A stretch of 64,000 bases of DNA from Octopus sinensis. Its lineage: Eukaryota. The notes beneath the pieces were generated by a model. It ran no database searches. It was given only the letters and a program-made list of their open reading frames with translations, and was not told the DNA's origin. A program made the translations under genes and the position numbers. Position 1 is the first letter of the stretch, and every line of letters begins with the position of its first letter. The stretch covers positions 49,352,001-49,416,000 of the forward strand of contig NC_043015.1 in the NCBI RefSeq assembly GCF_006345805.1, in the 5' to 3' direction. This document shows positions 1-14,104 of this stretch, piece after piece.

Positions 1-21
1 ATGTATATATAATATTATATC

Positions 22-57
<36 letters not shown>

Positions 58-274
58 GTGTGTGTGTATATATAATATAATGTTGTATATATATATATAT
101 TATATATATATATATATATGTGTGTATATATAATATATATGTGTATATATATATATTGTGTTATATATATATATATAATATATGTGTATATAATATATAT
201 ATATATATATGTGTATATATATATATATATGTGTATATATATATATAATATATATGTGTATTATATATATATAT

Positions 275-323
<49 letters not shown>

Positions 324-422
324 ATATATATATATATATAGATATATATATATATAGTGTTTTATAATATCTATATATATATAATAGTGTTATATATATA
401 TATATTGTGTATATCTATATAT

Positions 423-462
<40 letters not shown>

Positions 463-470
463 TATATATG
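1..470. repeat. (TA)n/(TG)n microsatellite tract
   Basis: Imperfect dinucleotide repeats. Confidence 0.95.
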
Positions 471-1001
471 TAGAATATAAATAATGATGACAATGATGGC
501 GATGCTGATGATGCTACCATTGCTACTCATTATCTCAACCAACTTCTTGCTTCTTGCAGTCAATAAAAGTCTGAAATGGCCCATTCCAGACATCTTATAA
601 TGGGAAGATCTTATGATAGGAATCAGAGCAAATTTTATAACACCAGTCTCTAGTCATCGTATCATTTAAAATGCTTCTGAACCAAACCCTTTTGGTTAGA
701 CTAAAACATCAACAGAATGAACCAATCAAAACATTCACAAAATCACACGTGCGTGGGTTGTATTGACATACATAACAAACGCAAATATGAGTTAATGCAT
801 AGTGTAACATCATAATTATCTAAATGATTAGATAACAAATACCATAACATTATAGTTATCTAAAATAGGAGTTGACGTACTAAAATATCTTAATTGTTGC
901 AAATGTTTGTTAGCACACATATTAAACTCCTAGTTCAACCATTCTGTGACTGACCTGCTTAAGTCTGCATTTGCTTCTATGATATAAACCTCATATTTTA
1001 A

Positions 1002-1470
1002 CCCTTTCGTTACTGTATTTATTTTGAGATGTTCTCTGTTTCTTTCAATAATTTTAATTATAACAAAGAATTTAGTAAAATAACTTAGTTATCGTTAACC
1101 TAGTGTTAGGAACATAAATTGTGACTAAGGTTTGGTGGAAGATTTTGATTCAAAACTTATGAAAACAAGACATTTGTACTCAGAGCCAGATCCAGTTTCA
1201 GCCAGGTTGGTATTGAAAGGGTTAAGAATTGTTTCTCTATTATATATTTTAACTATTTTGTTACCATATTTCTGTTGAGATGCTCTGTTTCTTTCAATTA
1301 CTTTAAATATAACAAAATATTTAGTAAAATAACTTAGTTGTCATTCAGCTAGTGTTAGGAACATAAATTGTGACTAAGGTTTGGTGGAAGATTTTGATTC
1401 AAAACTTATGAAAACAAGACATTTGTACTCAGAGCCAGATCCAGTTTCAGCCGAGTTGGTAACGAAAGGG
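1002..1470. mobile_element. Two tandem copies of a ~220-bp piggyBac-like MITE
   Basis: TTAA-CCCTTTCGTTAC at 998; AAAGGG-TTAA at 1225 and 1474; the two internal sequences are near-identical. Confidence 0.75.
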
Positions 1471-1788
1471 TTAAAGTAGTTTAAATGGAAATCTTCCATC
1501 AAATTTACATCTCAGTTTATGTTCCAATCACCAGTCTCGAATGAATGATTTATTAAAATAACTGAATTATTCATTCTTTTTAAAGTCAATAGTCAAAACA
1601 AGGCAGTGTACTTTAACAGAAATACGAAAGATACAGGATTAAGGCTTGTGTTAACACTCATAGACAAGCTTATCTTTGTTGTCCCCTCGTGGGAAATAAA
1701 AAAAATCACTCATAGACAATCTTACAAAAAAAAAAAAAACCAAAGACAACACAGCATCAATGATTTTCAGAAATACATTTTTCTGGTC

Positions 1789-2020
1789 AGTGACGAGCTG
1801 GCAGAATCGTTAGCATGCCAGGTGAAATGCTATGCAGTATTTAATCTGCTGTTATATTCTGAGTTCAAATTCCGCCGAGGTCGACTTTGCCTTTCATCCT
1901 TTCGGGGTCGATTAAATAAGTACCAGTTACACACTGGGGTCGATATAATCGACTTAATCCCTTTGTTTGTCCTTGTTTGTCCCCTCTATGTTTAGCCCCT
2001 TGTGGGCAATATAGAAATAA
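1789..2020 (+). mobile_element. SINE family B (tRNA-like head, GCCTTTCATCCTTTCGGGGTCGAT core, tail 1)
   Basis: Matches many other copies in the window. Confidence 0.9.
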
Positions 2021-2168
2021 GAATTGCTGAAGCATAGAATAGACAACCCACATAAATTTGAGACTAAGTGTTTTGTTCAAGAATACAACACACCACCTGG
2101 TCCAGAAATTGAAACCACAATCTCGAGATTGAGAGTGCAACACCCTAACCACCAGGCCATGCTAACTA

Positions 2169-2561
2169 ATCTATATATATAAAGTTGAAGTTGTCTGTGT
2201 GTGGAAGGTTTGGTAGCCTTCAACTAACACTATCTCCTCCGAGACCTTGCGGCGCAAGTTGACCAAAATTGAGAGTATGATAGAAGAAGGCTTGCTCTTC
2301 ATTCCATAGAAGATAAAATTCAAATCGGACCATGTTAACACCAAAATTTATTTACATCAAAAAGGTGCTTTTTTTTTTATGAAAATCCCAATTTTTTCCG
2401 ATTTTTTTACTGCAATGTCGCCATTTTCCGGTGTATTTCAACCAGAAAAATGTTCACTTAAAGAGAATAACAAGCTACATAATGCAAAATTTTTACTTTT
2501 CAAAAATTCCAATTCTAAAGGGTCGAAACAAACCCAAGCAATGCCAAGCGATACCGCTAGT
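2169..2561 (-). mobile_element. Helentron/HINE-like non-autonomous element
   Basis: Ends are the reverse complement of the ACTAGC..ATCGCCCGGCGTTGCT start and TATATAGAT end seen at 34323-34701. Confidence 0.6.
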
Positions 2562-2989
2562 GGTAATAATAATGCTTACTAATAGCAAAAGGATTAAGTA
2601 AATCAATAAACAGCAAATAATAGCAACTATTTTAAACAGCTGGTGATCTTCAAACAAATCGGCGCCAGTCGTAGAATGTTGGCTTCACTTTTCAAAACTT
2701 TTAAAGGTTCTGTTTTAAAGGTCATCAAATGCAATGGACAAAATGCTATACATTTTGGGAGAGAGAGTATAACCAATAAGTTAATCCCAGCATTCAGCTA
2801 ATATATTTTTTATTTTTATCGATCAAGAAAGTCTAAACAACAACAATATCTACCAATACTGATAATTAGAGCTGGTAGGAGCTAACGAGAGAGAGAGGAG
2901 CCACTATTTTGTAGTTTGACCTGCAAGAAATATCAGCCAAATCATATTCAAATATCATCACCTTACCATCTAAATATCATCAAATTATA

Positions 2990-3388
2990 GGCGCAGGAGT
3001 GGCTGTGTGGTAAGTAGGTTGCTTACCAACCACATGGTTCCAGGTTCAGTCCCACTGCATCACACCTTGGGGAAGTGTCTTCTACTATAGCCTCGGGCCA
3101 ACCAAAGCCTTGTGAGTAGATTTGGTAGACAGAAACTGAAAGAAGCCTGTCGTATATATGTATATGTATATATATATATGTGTGTGTGTGTGTCTGTGTT
3201 TGTCCCCCCAACATTGCTTGACAACCGATGCTGGTGTGTTTACGTCCCCATAACTTAGCAGTTCGGCAAAAGATACCGATGGAATAAGTACTAGGCTTAC
3301 AAAGAATAAGTCTGGGGTCGATTTGCTCGACTAAAGGCAGTGCTCCAGCATGGCCGCAGTCAAATGACTGAAACAAGTAAAAGAGTAA
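2990..3388 (+). mobile_element. SINE family A (tRNA-like head, internal microsatellite, GAGTAAAA tail)
   Basis: A-box-like TGGCTGTGTGG, B-box-like GGTTCAGTCCC; more than 20 related copies in the window. Confidence 0.9.
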
Positions 3389-5299
3389 ATAAAATCCTTT
3401 TTTATTTTGGTACAAGGCATGCAATTTTAGGGGAGCAGAGGGAGGGGAAATTATATTAACCCCCAATTCCTGTTTCTTATTTTAACCACCCCTGAAGGGA
3501 TGAAAAGCAAAGCTGACCTTGATGGAATTTGAACTAAAAAGATAGAAATTCTATTAAGCATTTTGTCTGGTATGTCAGTTCGCTACTTTCATCATCAAAT
3601 AATTCTTTATGCTATAAATAAAAGGGGTTAAATTTTGAATGAGAGGACAAGCCAATCACATCAACCCCAATACTCAACTGGTATTTATTTTAATGACCCT
3701 GAAAGGATAAAATGCAAAGTTAACCTTCGTGGGATTTGAACTCAAAACGTAATCAGTTGCAAAAAAATGCCACAAAGCTTTTTGCCCAGTGTGCTAATGA
3801 TTCTGCCAGCTAATTGCCTTCATCATTAAATAATTAATACTATCTATACTTAGCTAATTGAGGTCACTGTGAGGTTGTTTTGCCTGCTAGAAACAGCAGC
3901 AGACTGTCTCAGATTATACTCTATCATCTTAGACAAGAAGGACACATTGGATGAAGTCGTCTCAAGTGTCTCTGGGGAAATTACAGGGGATGGTCATGGT
4001 TGGAGCACCTTAGCGGCTACTCAGCAACTAAACCAACACAATAAACTAGCTTCCCTGGTAGTTCATCTCACTCCTCTACCCCACCCACCGACTTTTGCTT
4101 CATACTTTGACACTGTTTTAAATAGATTATGCCCCATACCTTCCCACCTTTAACCCTCTTTCGTCTTAGACCTGTTCCAGTCACCAGACTGTGGCCATGC
4201 TGGGGCACTGTCCTGAAAGGTCTTGGTCAAACAAATCAACCCCTGTACTGACTTTTTGTTTTTTGGTGGGTGGGTGGGTGGGTAGGTAGGGGATTCAAGC
4301 CCGGTACCTATTCCATTAGTTTCCCCTGCTGAACTGCCAAGTTACAGGGACATAAACAAACCATCACTGGATGTCAAGTGATGGCATGGATCAAACATAG
4401 ACACAAAAGCACAGATGCTTTTTAAGTCTGGTATTTATTCTACTGGTCTCTTTCACTGAACCTCTAATTACAAGAATGTAAACAAACCAACATCAGTTGT
4501 CAAGCAGCAAGGTGAGGGCGGTGGTGTGTTGTGGTGGGGAATACTGCTGCAAAGATGCATGCATGCACACATACGTACATACACACTCACACACACACAA
4601 TAAATTTCCACACAGTTTCCATTTACCGAATTCACTCACAGGTCACTGATTGATTCGTGGCTATATTAGAAGATACTTGCCCAAGGTGCTGTGCAGTGGG
4701 ACTGAACCTGAAACCATGCAGTTGCAAACAAGCCTCTTGTCCACACAGCCATGCCTGACGTGACACAATCACTAAGATTGCAAGATTTCTCAAAGAAATC
4801 CAATCATAAAATAACAAATCAACTTCATAGACCCATGGCCATTTATCTTAATTTCCAACCTTAGAAACAAAAAAAAAACCCCAAATGAATAACAAGAACA
4901 AAACAAAAAACAACAAAAACAACAAAAACATTTTCGTTTGCTCTCCCCCACCACATCTCTCTTTCCCCTGTCAGTAACGAATATAATTCTGGGGCCATTT
5001 TTTGTTCAGGTTGAACAATTAATTAAGTTTAATTAAGTGGCCTGTCAACATTGTGTTATACAGGCTTCTTCTCAGTCTTGTGGTTGATTTAAAACAGGGG
5101 CCACCAAAATTATGGGGTTTGGGGGTTGATTTTATTAAGTGGGGGTCAGATGTAATGAGCATCCCATCCACTCTGTACATCCAGGATCGTGTTGGTGAAT
5201 GCGTTTCTGCTCATTTTAAAGTAGTTAAGTGAACTACTAGGGAGTTTTAGCTGCAAGATTACATGGAGGGGGAAGCCCCCTAGTCGTCTCAAATACACT

Positions 5300-5368
5300 G
5301 TGGTCATCATCGTCATCATCATCATCATCATCATCGTTGTCGTTGTCATCGTCGTCATCATCATCATC

Positions 5369-5415
<47 letters not shown>

Positions 5416-5434
5416 GTTGTCGTTGTCATCATCG

Positions 5435-5484
<50 letters not shown>

Positions 5485-5530
5485 GTTGTCGTTGTCATCG
5501 TCGTCATCATCGTTGTCGTTGTCATCGTCG

Positions 5531-5570
<40 letters not shown>

Positions 5571-5635
5571 ATCATCGTTGTCGTTGTCATCGTCGTCATC
5601 GTCATCGTCGTCGTCATCATCACCATCATCACTGT
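5300..5635. repeat. (CAT)n/(CGT)n trinucleotide tract
   Basis: Direct reading. Confidence 0.95.
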
Positions 5636-5910
5636 TTAACCTGAGTTAGTTCTAACTAAATACCTCTATGGTCAAACGCATGTGTTCTATCAATTAAACT
5701 ACGTACTGAAAGGCTTGAGTTAGCCTAAGGTAATGGCAAAAGACGTGTGTTTGCATGATGCATGTGTGTGTTTGCATGATGCATGTGTGTGTTTGTGTGT
5801 GTAAGCATTAAATTAAGACAACATTTATTAAAACTTTTCCTTCCTATGTTGTTTTCCTTTTTTTCCACGTTCACTGCTTTCATGATTTATATATGTATGT
5901 ATATACCCTT

Positions 5911-6317
5911 TACTCTTTACTCTTTTACTTGTTTCAGTCATTTGACTGCGGCCATGCTGGAGCACCGCCTTTAGTCGAGCAAATCGACCCCGGGACTTAT
6001 TCTTTGTAAGCCCAGTACTTATTCTATTGGTCTCTTTTGCCGAACCGCTAAGTGACGGGGAGTAAACACACCAGCATCGGTTGTCAAGCAATGCTAGGGG
6101 GACAAACACAGACACACCAAACAATATACACCACACCAACTATATATATACATTATATGACAGGCTTCTTTCAGTTCCGTCTACCAATCATCACAAGGCA
6201 TTGGTCGGCCCGGGGCTATAGCAGAAGACACTTGCCCAAGATGCCACGCAGGTGGGACTGAACCCGGAACCATGTGGCTGGTAAGCAAGATACTTACCAC
6301 ACAGCCACTCCTGCGCC
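5911..6317 (-). mobile_element. SINE family A
   Basis: Full-length reverse copy. Confidence 0.9.
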
Positions 6318-7810
6318 TATATGTAAGTAATTATCTAAATGACAAAAAGAGAAGCTAAGTCTCATATTATAAATGAGAAGATGATCTCTATCTGTCTGTG
6401 TAGAACAATATCCATGTAGAGGGACGGAAGAATGGAAGAAGATAAAGTAGAGACAGAAATACATTGAAAGAGAGAGAGAGAGAGTGAATGTGCGAAAGAT
6501 AGACAAACAGGTAGAGTTGTCACCTTTGTAACTAACAAGTTTTGATTAAAAATGTGGGAATTTTAACTGCAAGTCTGTCAACACAATGCAACACAAACTT
6601 CAAAAAAGACTATATGTAGTCATTTGTGTGTGCATTTCTGTATGTCTTCCAACATTTAAGAAACACAACACCGACAAAAAAAAAACCACTCTCCCTCTGA
6701 ACAATTTATGAAAGTATTCTTTTATTCTTTTACTTGTTTCAGTCATTTGACTGTGGTCATGCTGGAGCACCACCTTTAGTTGAACAAATCAACCCCAGAA
6801 CTTATTCTTTGTAAGCCTAGTACTTATTCTATCAGTCTCTTTTACCGAACCGCTAAGTTACGAAGACATAAACACATTAGTGTCATTAGTGTCAAGCGAC
6901 AGAGGGAGGACAAACACAGACACAATACACACACATACACAGATACACACACACACACACACACACCACACACACATATATATATACATATATATGACAG
7001 GCTTCTTTCAGTTTCCGTCTACCAAATCCACTCACAAGGCATTGGTCGGCCCAGGGCTATAGCAGAAGACACTTGCCCAAGATGCCACGCAGTGGGACTG
7101 AACCCGGAACCATGTGGCTGGTAAGCAAGATACTTACCACACAGCCACTCCTGCGCCTATATGTAAGTAATTATCTAAATGACAAAAAGAGAAGCTAAGT
7201 CTCATATTATAAATGAGAAGATGATCTCTATCTGTCTGTGTAGAACAATATCCATGTAGAGGGAGAGAAGAATGGAAGAAGATAAAGTAGAGACAGAAAT
7301 ACATTGAAAGAGAGAGAGAGAGAGTGAATGTGCGAAAGATAGACAAACAGGTAGAGTTGTCACCTTTGTAACTAACAAGTTTTGATTAAAAATTGTGAGA
7401 ATTTTAAGTGCAAGTCTGTCAACACAATGCAACACAGACTTCAAAAAAGACTATATGTAGTCATTTGTGTGTGCATTTCTGTATGTCTTCCAACATTTAA
7501 GAAACACAACACAGACAAAAAGAAAACACTTTCTCTCTGAACAATTTATGAAAGTATTCTTTTATTCTTTTACTTGTTTCAGTCATTTGACTGTGGTCAT
7601 GCTGGAGCACCACCTTTAGTTGAACAAACCAACCCCAGAACTTATTCTTTGTAAGCCTAGTACTTATTCTATCAATCTCTTTTACCGAACCGCTAAGTTA
7701 CGAAGACATAAACACATTAGTGTCATTAGTGTCAAGCGACAGAGGGAGGACAAACACAGATACAAATACACACACATACACAGATATACAAACACACACA
7801 CACACACACA
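6150..7810. repeat. ~840-bp tandem duplication (SINE head + unique spacer + SINE tail)
   Basis: 6294-6960 recurs at 7134-7800 with offset 840 and high identity. Confidence 0.9.
6715..7157 (-). mobile_element. SINE family A, chimeric copy
   Basis: Tail variants shared with the 7555 copy, head variants shared with the 5911 copy. Confidence 0.85.
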
Positions 7811-7961
7811 CACATATATATTCAACAAGCTTCTTTCAGTTTCTGTCTACCAAATCCACTCACAAGGCTATGGTCAGCTCAAGGCTATAGTAGAAGACAC
7901 TTGCCCAAGGTGCCACACAGTGGAACTGAACCCAGAACCATGTAGTTGGGAAGCAAGCTTA
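7555..7961 (-). mobile_element. SINE family A
   Basis: Reverse copy. Confidence 0.85.
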
Positions 7962-8338
7962 TGATTTTCTAAAAATTTTTTAACCAGCAGTGTGGCAACA
8001 GGTGTGACTCCATTCACATTACAATTGTTTCTGTAAAAGATCAACATTTTTATTCCCTATCTCATACATCATCATCATCATTATCATCGTTTAACGTCTG
8101 CCTTCTATGCTGGCATACATTTCATATAATGTCATGTAACACATGCCTTAGCAAATGAAAATATGTAACAGTGATTTGAAATTTTGGTACAAGACCAGCA
8201 GTTTTGTGGGAGGGGGTAAGTCACCTGCACTGACCCCAGTGTTCAACTGGTACTTATTTTATTGACCCTGAAAGAATGAAAGGCAAAGTTGCCCTTAGCG
8301 GAATTTGAACTCAGAATGTGAAGACAGAGAAAATACCC

Positions 8339-8570
8339 ATTTCTTTATTGCCCACAAGGGGCTAAACATAGAGGGGACAAACAAGGACAGACATAGGTAT
8401 TAAGTCGATTACATCGACCCCAGTGCGTAACTGGTACTTAATTTATTGACCCCAAAAGGATCAAAGGTAAAGTCGACCTCGGCGGAATTTGAACTCACAA
8501 CGTAACGGCAGACGAAATACTGCTAAGCATTTCGCCCGACGTGCTAACGTTTCTGCCAGCTCGCCGCCTT
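8339..8570 (-). mobile_element. SINE family B
   Basis: Full-length reverse copy; a partial copy lies at 8215-8330. Confidence 0.9.
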
Positions 8571-8846
8571 GAGAAAATACCGCTAAGCGATTTACCACAG
8601 CGTGCTAACAATTCTGCCACAGTCCATTCACTTCTTTGGATGTCATGATTTGAAGGCACTGCTGACCAAATGAATGATCTATGATAAGCTCACTTGGGGC
8701 GTGTCACAATATGTAAATAGCAGTGACGTATGGTGGTTGTTGGATTGAGTTGCTGCCACACCCATTGCCACCGAATTTCAAGCAGGGGTATAACAAGTTT
8801 TCCAATAAGATTTATGATTAAATTAATGAGCAAGTTCTATATTTAA

Positions 8847-9066
8847 CCCTTTAGGATTTAAACCGGCCATATCTGGCCAAAAGTATTCTGCCTGTTTTAT
8901 GTTCAAACTGGCCAGATCTGGTCTCTCACACCAACCCTACAATATCGTTTAAAAAATTAACAGCTACTCATCAAAATCTCATAGCTACAAGATAATGCAT
9001 GATTAGTTCAAAACAATGAGGACAAAAAAGCATTAATTTTGGCAGAATAATGTGAACACTAAAGGG
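8847..9066. mobile_element. piggyBac-like MITE
   Basis: TTAA|CCCTTTAG ... CTAAAGGG|TTAA. Confidence 0.75.
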
Positions 9067-10319
9067 TTAAGAGATGAGGAATTATGTACATTATTTACAT
9101 TGAGAACCCTTCCAGCAAGGAAAATAGAACGCCCAAAAGGGCTCCCGATCCTCTGTGTGAGAAGCGGTTATGTTCAGATGCTAATTTGTGGATGTGCATA
9201 AACTACAAAAACGCACACACACACATCTTGCCTTATATATATACAGATAAATCATAATAAAAAGCAAATCAAAATAAAGTTAAGACAAAGTGGGTTGGAA
9301 TTTATTACAGATCAAAGCATTTAACCACAGAATAAGTGTCACCTATTTATCGACTTCTGTGGTGACAACAGTAAGATTAGATCCCAAACCCCACCCGCCA
9401 CAAAAATCTGTTTTTAATTCCCTCACTCCTTTCTTCTACAATCCCATTGAAGCCACGCACGCATTAACATATGCAAATACATACACTAACATGAAGACAT
9501 CTACATGCACAAACACACACACAAAATTTGCAATCCTATAATGGCCACAGTGCACATACTGTATATATTAAACATGGAGACACATGCACACATGGACATG
9601 TGGTTAAGATATATTCCAACTGGCTTTATTTTAACTTTATTTTGACTTATTTTTATTAAGATTTATTGCTTGGAAACCTACAGGATATCAAGTTAAGGCT
9701 ACAAGTTTCTGGTTTATTTACATATTGTGACATGGCCCCCAGTGAAATTATCCTAAAACATTCATTTCGTTGATGGTGCCTTCATATGTATGTATGTATG
9801 TATGTATGTATTTATACATGATGTAGGTATGCATATATCTATGCATGTAAATATGTATGTATGTTGTATGCATGTGTGTAGGTATAATGTATGTATTATG
9901 TATGCATGCATGTACAATGCATGTATGTATGTCTGGTTGCAATGGGCTTCTTTCAGTTTTCTTCTACCAAATCTATTCACAAGGTTTTGGTCAGTCTGGG
10001 GTTATAGAAGAAGACACTTGCTCAAGCTGCCATGCAGTGGGACTGAACCTGGAACCAATTGGTTGGGAAACAAACCTCTTACCACACATACACACACACG
10101 CAGGTGTGCACACAGTGAAGCCGGGTGCAGTTTTATGCCTAACCAGCCCATGTCAAATCATCTAACCCATGCCAACATGAAGAACGGATGTTAAAGAATG
10201 AAAGCAAATAAGAATACAAGAGTTAAGGAATGGAATACATAAAATCTGGGCTACATATGTTCCATAGGGAGCGGACTTTGGAAATAGTAAGTATCCAGGC
10301 AAGGTGTATACAACAGGTT

Positions 10320-10499
10320 ACTCTTCAGGATATGTATATATATATATATATTATGTATGTATATATATATAGTATGTATATATATATATATATAATATAT
10401 GTGTGTGTGTGTATGTATATTTATATAATGTATATTATGTATTTTATATATATATATGTATATATATATGTGTATATGCATATATATATTATATATATA

Positions 10500-10539
<40 letters not shown>

Positions 10540-10645
10540 TATATATATATGAATATATGTATATATATTTATTTATTTAAAAAAAATTTATCTAGTTTCC
10601 TTACGAGCTGTGGCCATGCTGAGGCACTATGTATATATGTATATA

Positions 10646-10681
<36 letters not shown>

Positions 10682-10750
10682 TGTATGTAGTATGTATATA
10701 CATCAGCGTTTAACGTCTTTTTCCATGCTAGCATGTGTTGAGTAAATAAT

Positions 10751-10795
<45 letters not shown>

Positions 10796-10800
10796 TGCAT
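10320..10800. repeat. (TA)n/(TATG)n microsatellites
   Basis: Direct reading. Confidence 0.9.
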
Positions 10801-11333
10801 ATATGAGTTCAGGACATCACCAACAGTTCAAACAACATGAAATATGTAAACAAACAGGTTAAAATAATAAACGAAATAAAAATGGAGAACGGGACAAGTA
10901 AACACAGAGAAAGGACCCTTAATCAGTTGTCGGCTGTCTATCTACTCATTTTGAACATTCAACAACAGTATGAGTCCTGAAAGACAGTTGCTCCCATAAA
11001 TTCTAAAATAAAATTTAGGATTTATGGAGGGTCAAAGTTGGGAACAAAATCATGACTGTGGAGACATACATGGAAATTGAATGAAAACAAACATGGAGGA
11101 TCATTAGAGCAGAACGAGGGGGAAAATAATGAATGCTGGGAGAAATATTTTTGAAATGAGAAAAGGTAGAAGAGGGAGAAAAAAACATTAGCTCTTTTGA
11201 ACGTCCATGCAGGAAAAGAAGATGGACGATGGTCCATGTGAGCAATGAGAGAAAGAGAAAAAAAAGAAAGAGGGGTAGAGAGAGACATATAGAAAATGCA
11301 TCAATTTCCAAGTAACTTCATGTGTGGTAATTG

Positions 11334-11366
<33 letters not shown>

Positions 11367-11384
11367 TATATATATGTATTTTAT

Positions 11385-11823
11385 AATAAGGATAATATCG
11401 ACATTTAAATATCGATATTATCAAGTGGCCAGCATGGGAATAGATACCATATAAAGGTAATAATTTTTCACAACTATAAATAAGGGTATCTGAGAGACAC
11501 CACCATGTCGAAATAGCAGTCAAACCCTGACTCTAAAAACCACCTAAGATGTTATTATTGCACCACGAGATAAGACAAGATAAACTAGCAAAAAGATATT
11601 ACTGGATAATTCAAGATCCTGGATTTCTAGCTTTGCTTTGCTTATTTGAAGCAAAGTTAGAAATCTAGGATCTTGAATTATCCATTAATATCTTTTTGCT
11701 AGTTTATCTTGTTTCTCTGTCTTATCTTGTGGTGCGATATGAACATCTTAGGTGGTTTTTAGAGTCAGGGTTTGACTGCTATTTCGGCATGGTGGTGTCT
11801 CTTAGATACCCTTATTTATAGTT
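11385..11823. mobile_element. Foldback element, ~170-bp inverted arms, unclassified
   Basis: 11472-11638 is the inverse of 11649-11823; a partial family copy lies at 16140-16305. Confidence 0.8.
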
Positions 11824-12254
11824 ATATATATATGTATGTATATGTCCATCCAGCATCTTTTTCAAGAATACTGCATCCTAGACGACATCACTGAATGTGT
11901 CCTTTTATCAAGATAGAAAAGTATGCTTTGGAATTTTGTTGGTGATTTAGCTGCTATTTTATGCACATTCAGCCACCACTATGGCTACCTCTTCTGCCAA
12001 CAGATTCCACGACCAATGTCTACCAAAATAAAATTAATGAATTGTAAACTGCAAACACCAATATATTCCTACAAAGAGATTGCTTTATTAAACCTGTGTT
12101 TAGAATGTGTTAATGTTAGAGAGACTCCAACAGCAACACAAAGCGTAATCATTAACTCCTGGCACTGTACCGATTCCATATGCTTTTCTATTTTTATCCA
12201 CTAACAACACCTCGCTAACAATATTGTCAAACAAAAAAGAAATTTGGTTGAATT

Positions 12255-12573
12255 GTATGCATACATACATATATATATACATACAGACATACATACATAT
12301 ATATGCATACATACATACATATAAATACATACATATGAATACATACATACATACATACATATATATATATATAATATATATATATATATAAATACATACA
12401 TATAGATGCATATTATATATATATATAAATACATACTTATACATATATACATACATATACAAACATATACATACATATACATACATACAATACATATATA
12501 TATAAATATATACAATATATTTATATATATATAAATAATAATAATATATATATATATATATAAATACATATAT

Positions 12574-12606
<33 letters not shown>

Positions 12607-12810
12607 AATACATACATTTCTATATTAATACCTGCATACATAATTAATACATACATACATATATATAATATATACATACATTTATATAAATATATACATA
12701 CATATAAATATATACATACATATATATATAAATACATATATATACATATATATGCATACATATACACACATACATACATATATATATAGACATAAATATA
12801 GATACACACA
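12255..12810. repeat. (TA)n/(CATA)n microsatellite tract
   Basis: Direct reading. Confidence 0.9.
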
Positions 12811-13499
12811 CATTCCCCTTTTTTTATATCAAAACTGGATGCAAACGAGTAAGTCATTTGCATTCTATAAATATCATGATATTTCGTTAAATTGGTAAAA
12901 TCTAATTTGGTGCTGTCAGTCAGGAAGCAAACAGACAGCAAATCCAGTTTTTAATAACCTCAGACAACACAAGGAAATTTTCAAACATATTTATATTGCA
13001 TTGAATTTACCAAACACCTTGATCGTGTACAAAAAAAAACTGATATTAATCACATTAACCCTTGTTTCTGTGGAAATTAGAAATATCCACTCCAAATTCC
13101 ACAGTACCCTTAACTGTGGAAAGTTGCTTTATATACCCAATCTATCTTTTGTTCAGGACTGTCATGTTTGAAACTGTTTTCCACAGAGCTGTATCTGTTA
13201 TCTTTTATTTGTTTCGGTCATTGGACTACGGCCCTGCTGCAGCACTGCTCGAAGAATTTTTAGCCATTATGAATCGACCCCCCCACCCCAGTACTGTTTG
13301 TTTTTCTTTTTTTTTTTTAAAGCCTGGTACTTATTCTATTGATCTCTTTTGCTGAACTGCCAAGTTACAGGGATGTAAACACAACAACACCAATTGTCAA
13401 GCAGTGGGTGGGGACAAACATAGACACAAAGTTACACACACACACACAGGTATACATACATACATACATATATATATATATTATCATCATCATCATCAT

Positions 13500-13800
13500 C
13501 GTTTAACGTCCGCTTTCCATGCTAGCATGGGTTGGATGATTTGACTGAGGACTGGCGAACCAGATGGCTGCACTAGGCTCCAATCTTGATCTGGCAGAGT
13601 TTCTACAGCTTGATGCCCTTCCTAACGCCAACCACTCTGAGAGTGTATGTGTGCTTTTACGTGTCACTGGCATGAGGGCCAGTCAGGCGGTACTGGAAAC
13701 AGCCACAAAAAAATTGTGTTTTTTTTTTTTTACGTGTCACCTCCACATCTGCACACTGACACGAACGCCAGCTAGCCAGCTAGCCGCTCTGGCAACGAGC
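13500..13800 (-). mobile_element. 5'-truncated RTE-type LINE 3' end
   Basis: Reverse of AGGAAGGGCATC..GCGGACGTTAAACGATGATG tail; similar tails at 15932-16078(+), 17950-18230(+), 18245-18430(-), 36750-37065(-), 42991-43378(+). Confidence 0.8.
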
Positions 13801-14104
13801 ATGCTCACATGGTAATGTTAGTGCTCCATATATATATATTATAGATAGTTTGAGAGGATGGGGCTGAAGGGAAGGTTATACTGCTACTAACAAAAATGAC
13901 ACACACATACACACATGTGCACATGCACATACACACACATATGTATACACAAACACGGACACAAATGAATCTACACAGAAGTATACACATCATAGAAGAG
14001 CATTGCTCCCCAGCCAAACCGTTCAACCCATGCCAGCATGGAAAGCGGACGTTAAACGATGATGATGATGAACTCCCCCATTATTGTCATGTAATAAACA
14101 AATA

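Noticed and set aside
5146-5644. Poly-His/Ser/Met ORFs
   Set aside because: (CAT)n tract open in several frames, with no flanking coding signal; same at 30.7-31.5 kb
7985-8032. Minus-strand exon-like segment NNCNVNGVTPVATLL (ankyrin-like)
   Set aside because: Good acceptor but weak donor, and no TPLH motif
9311-9370. Isolated plus-strand exon-like segments (also about 24690-24706 and 25600-25626)
   Set aside because: Splice-like ends only; peptides unrecognisable and cannot be chained into a gene
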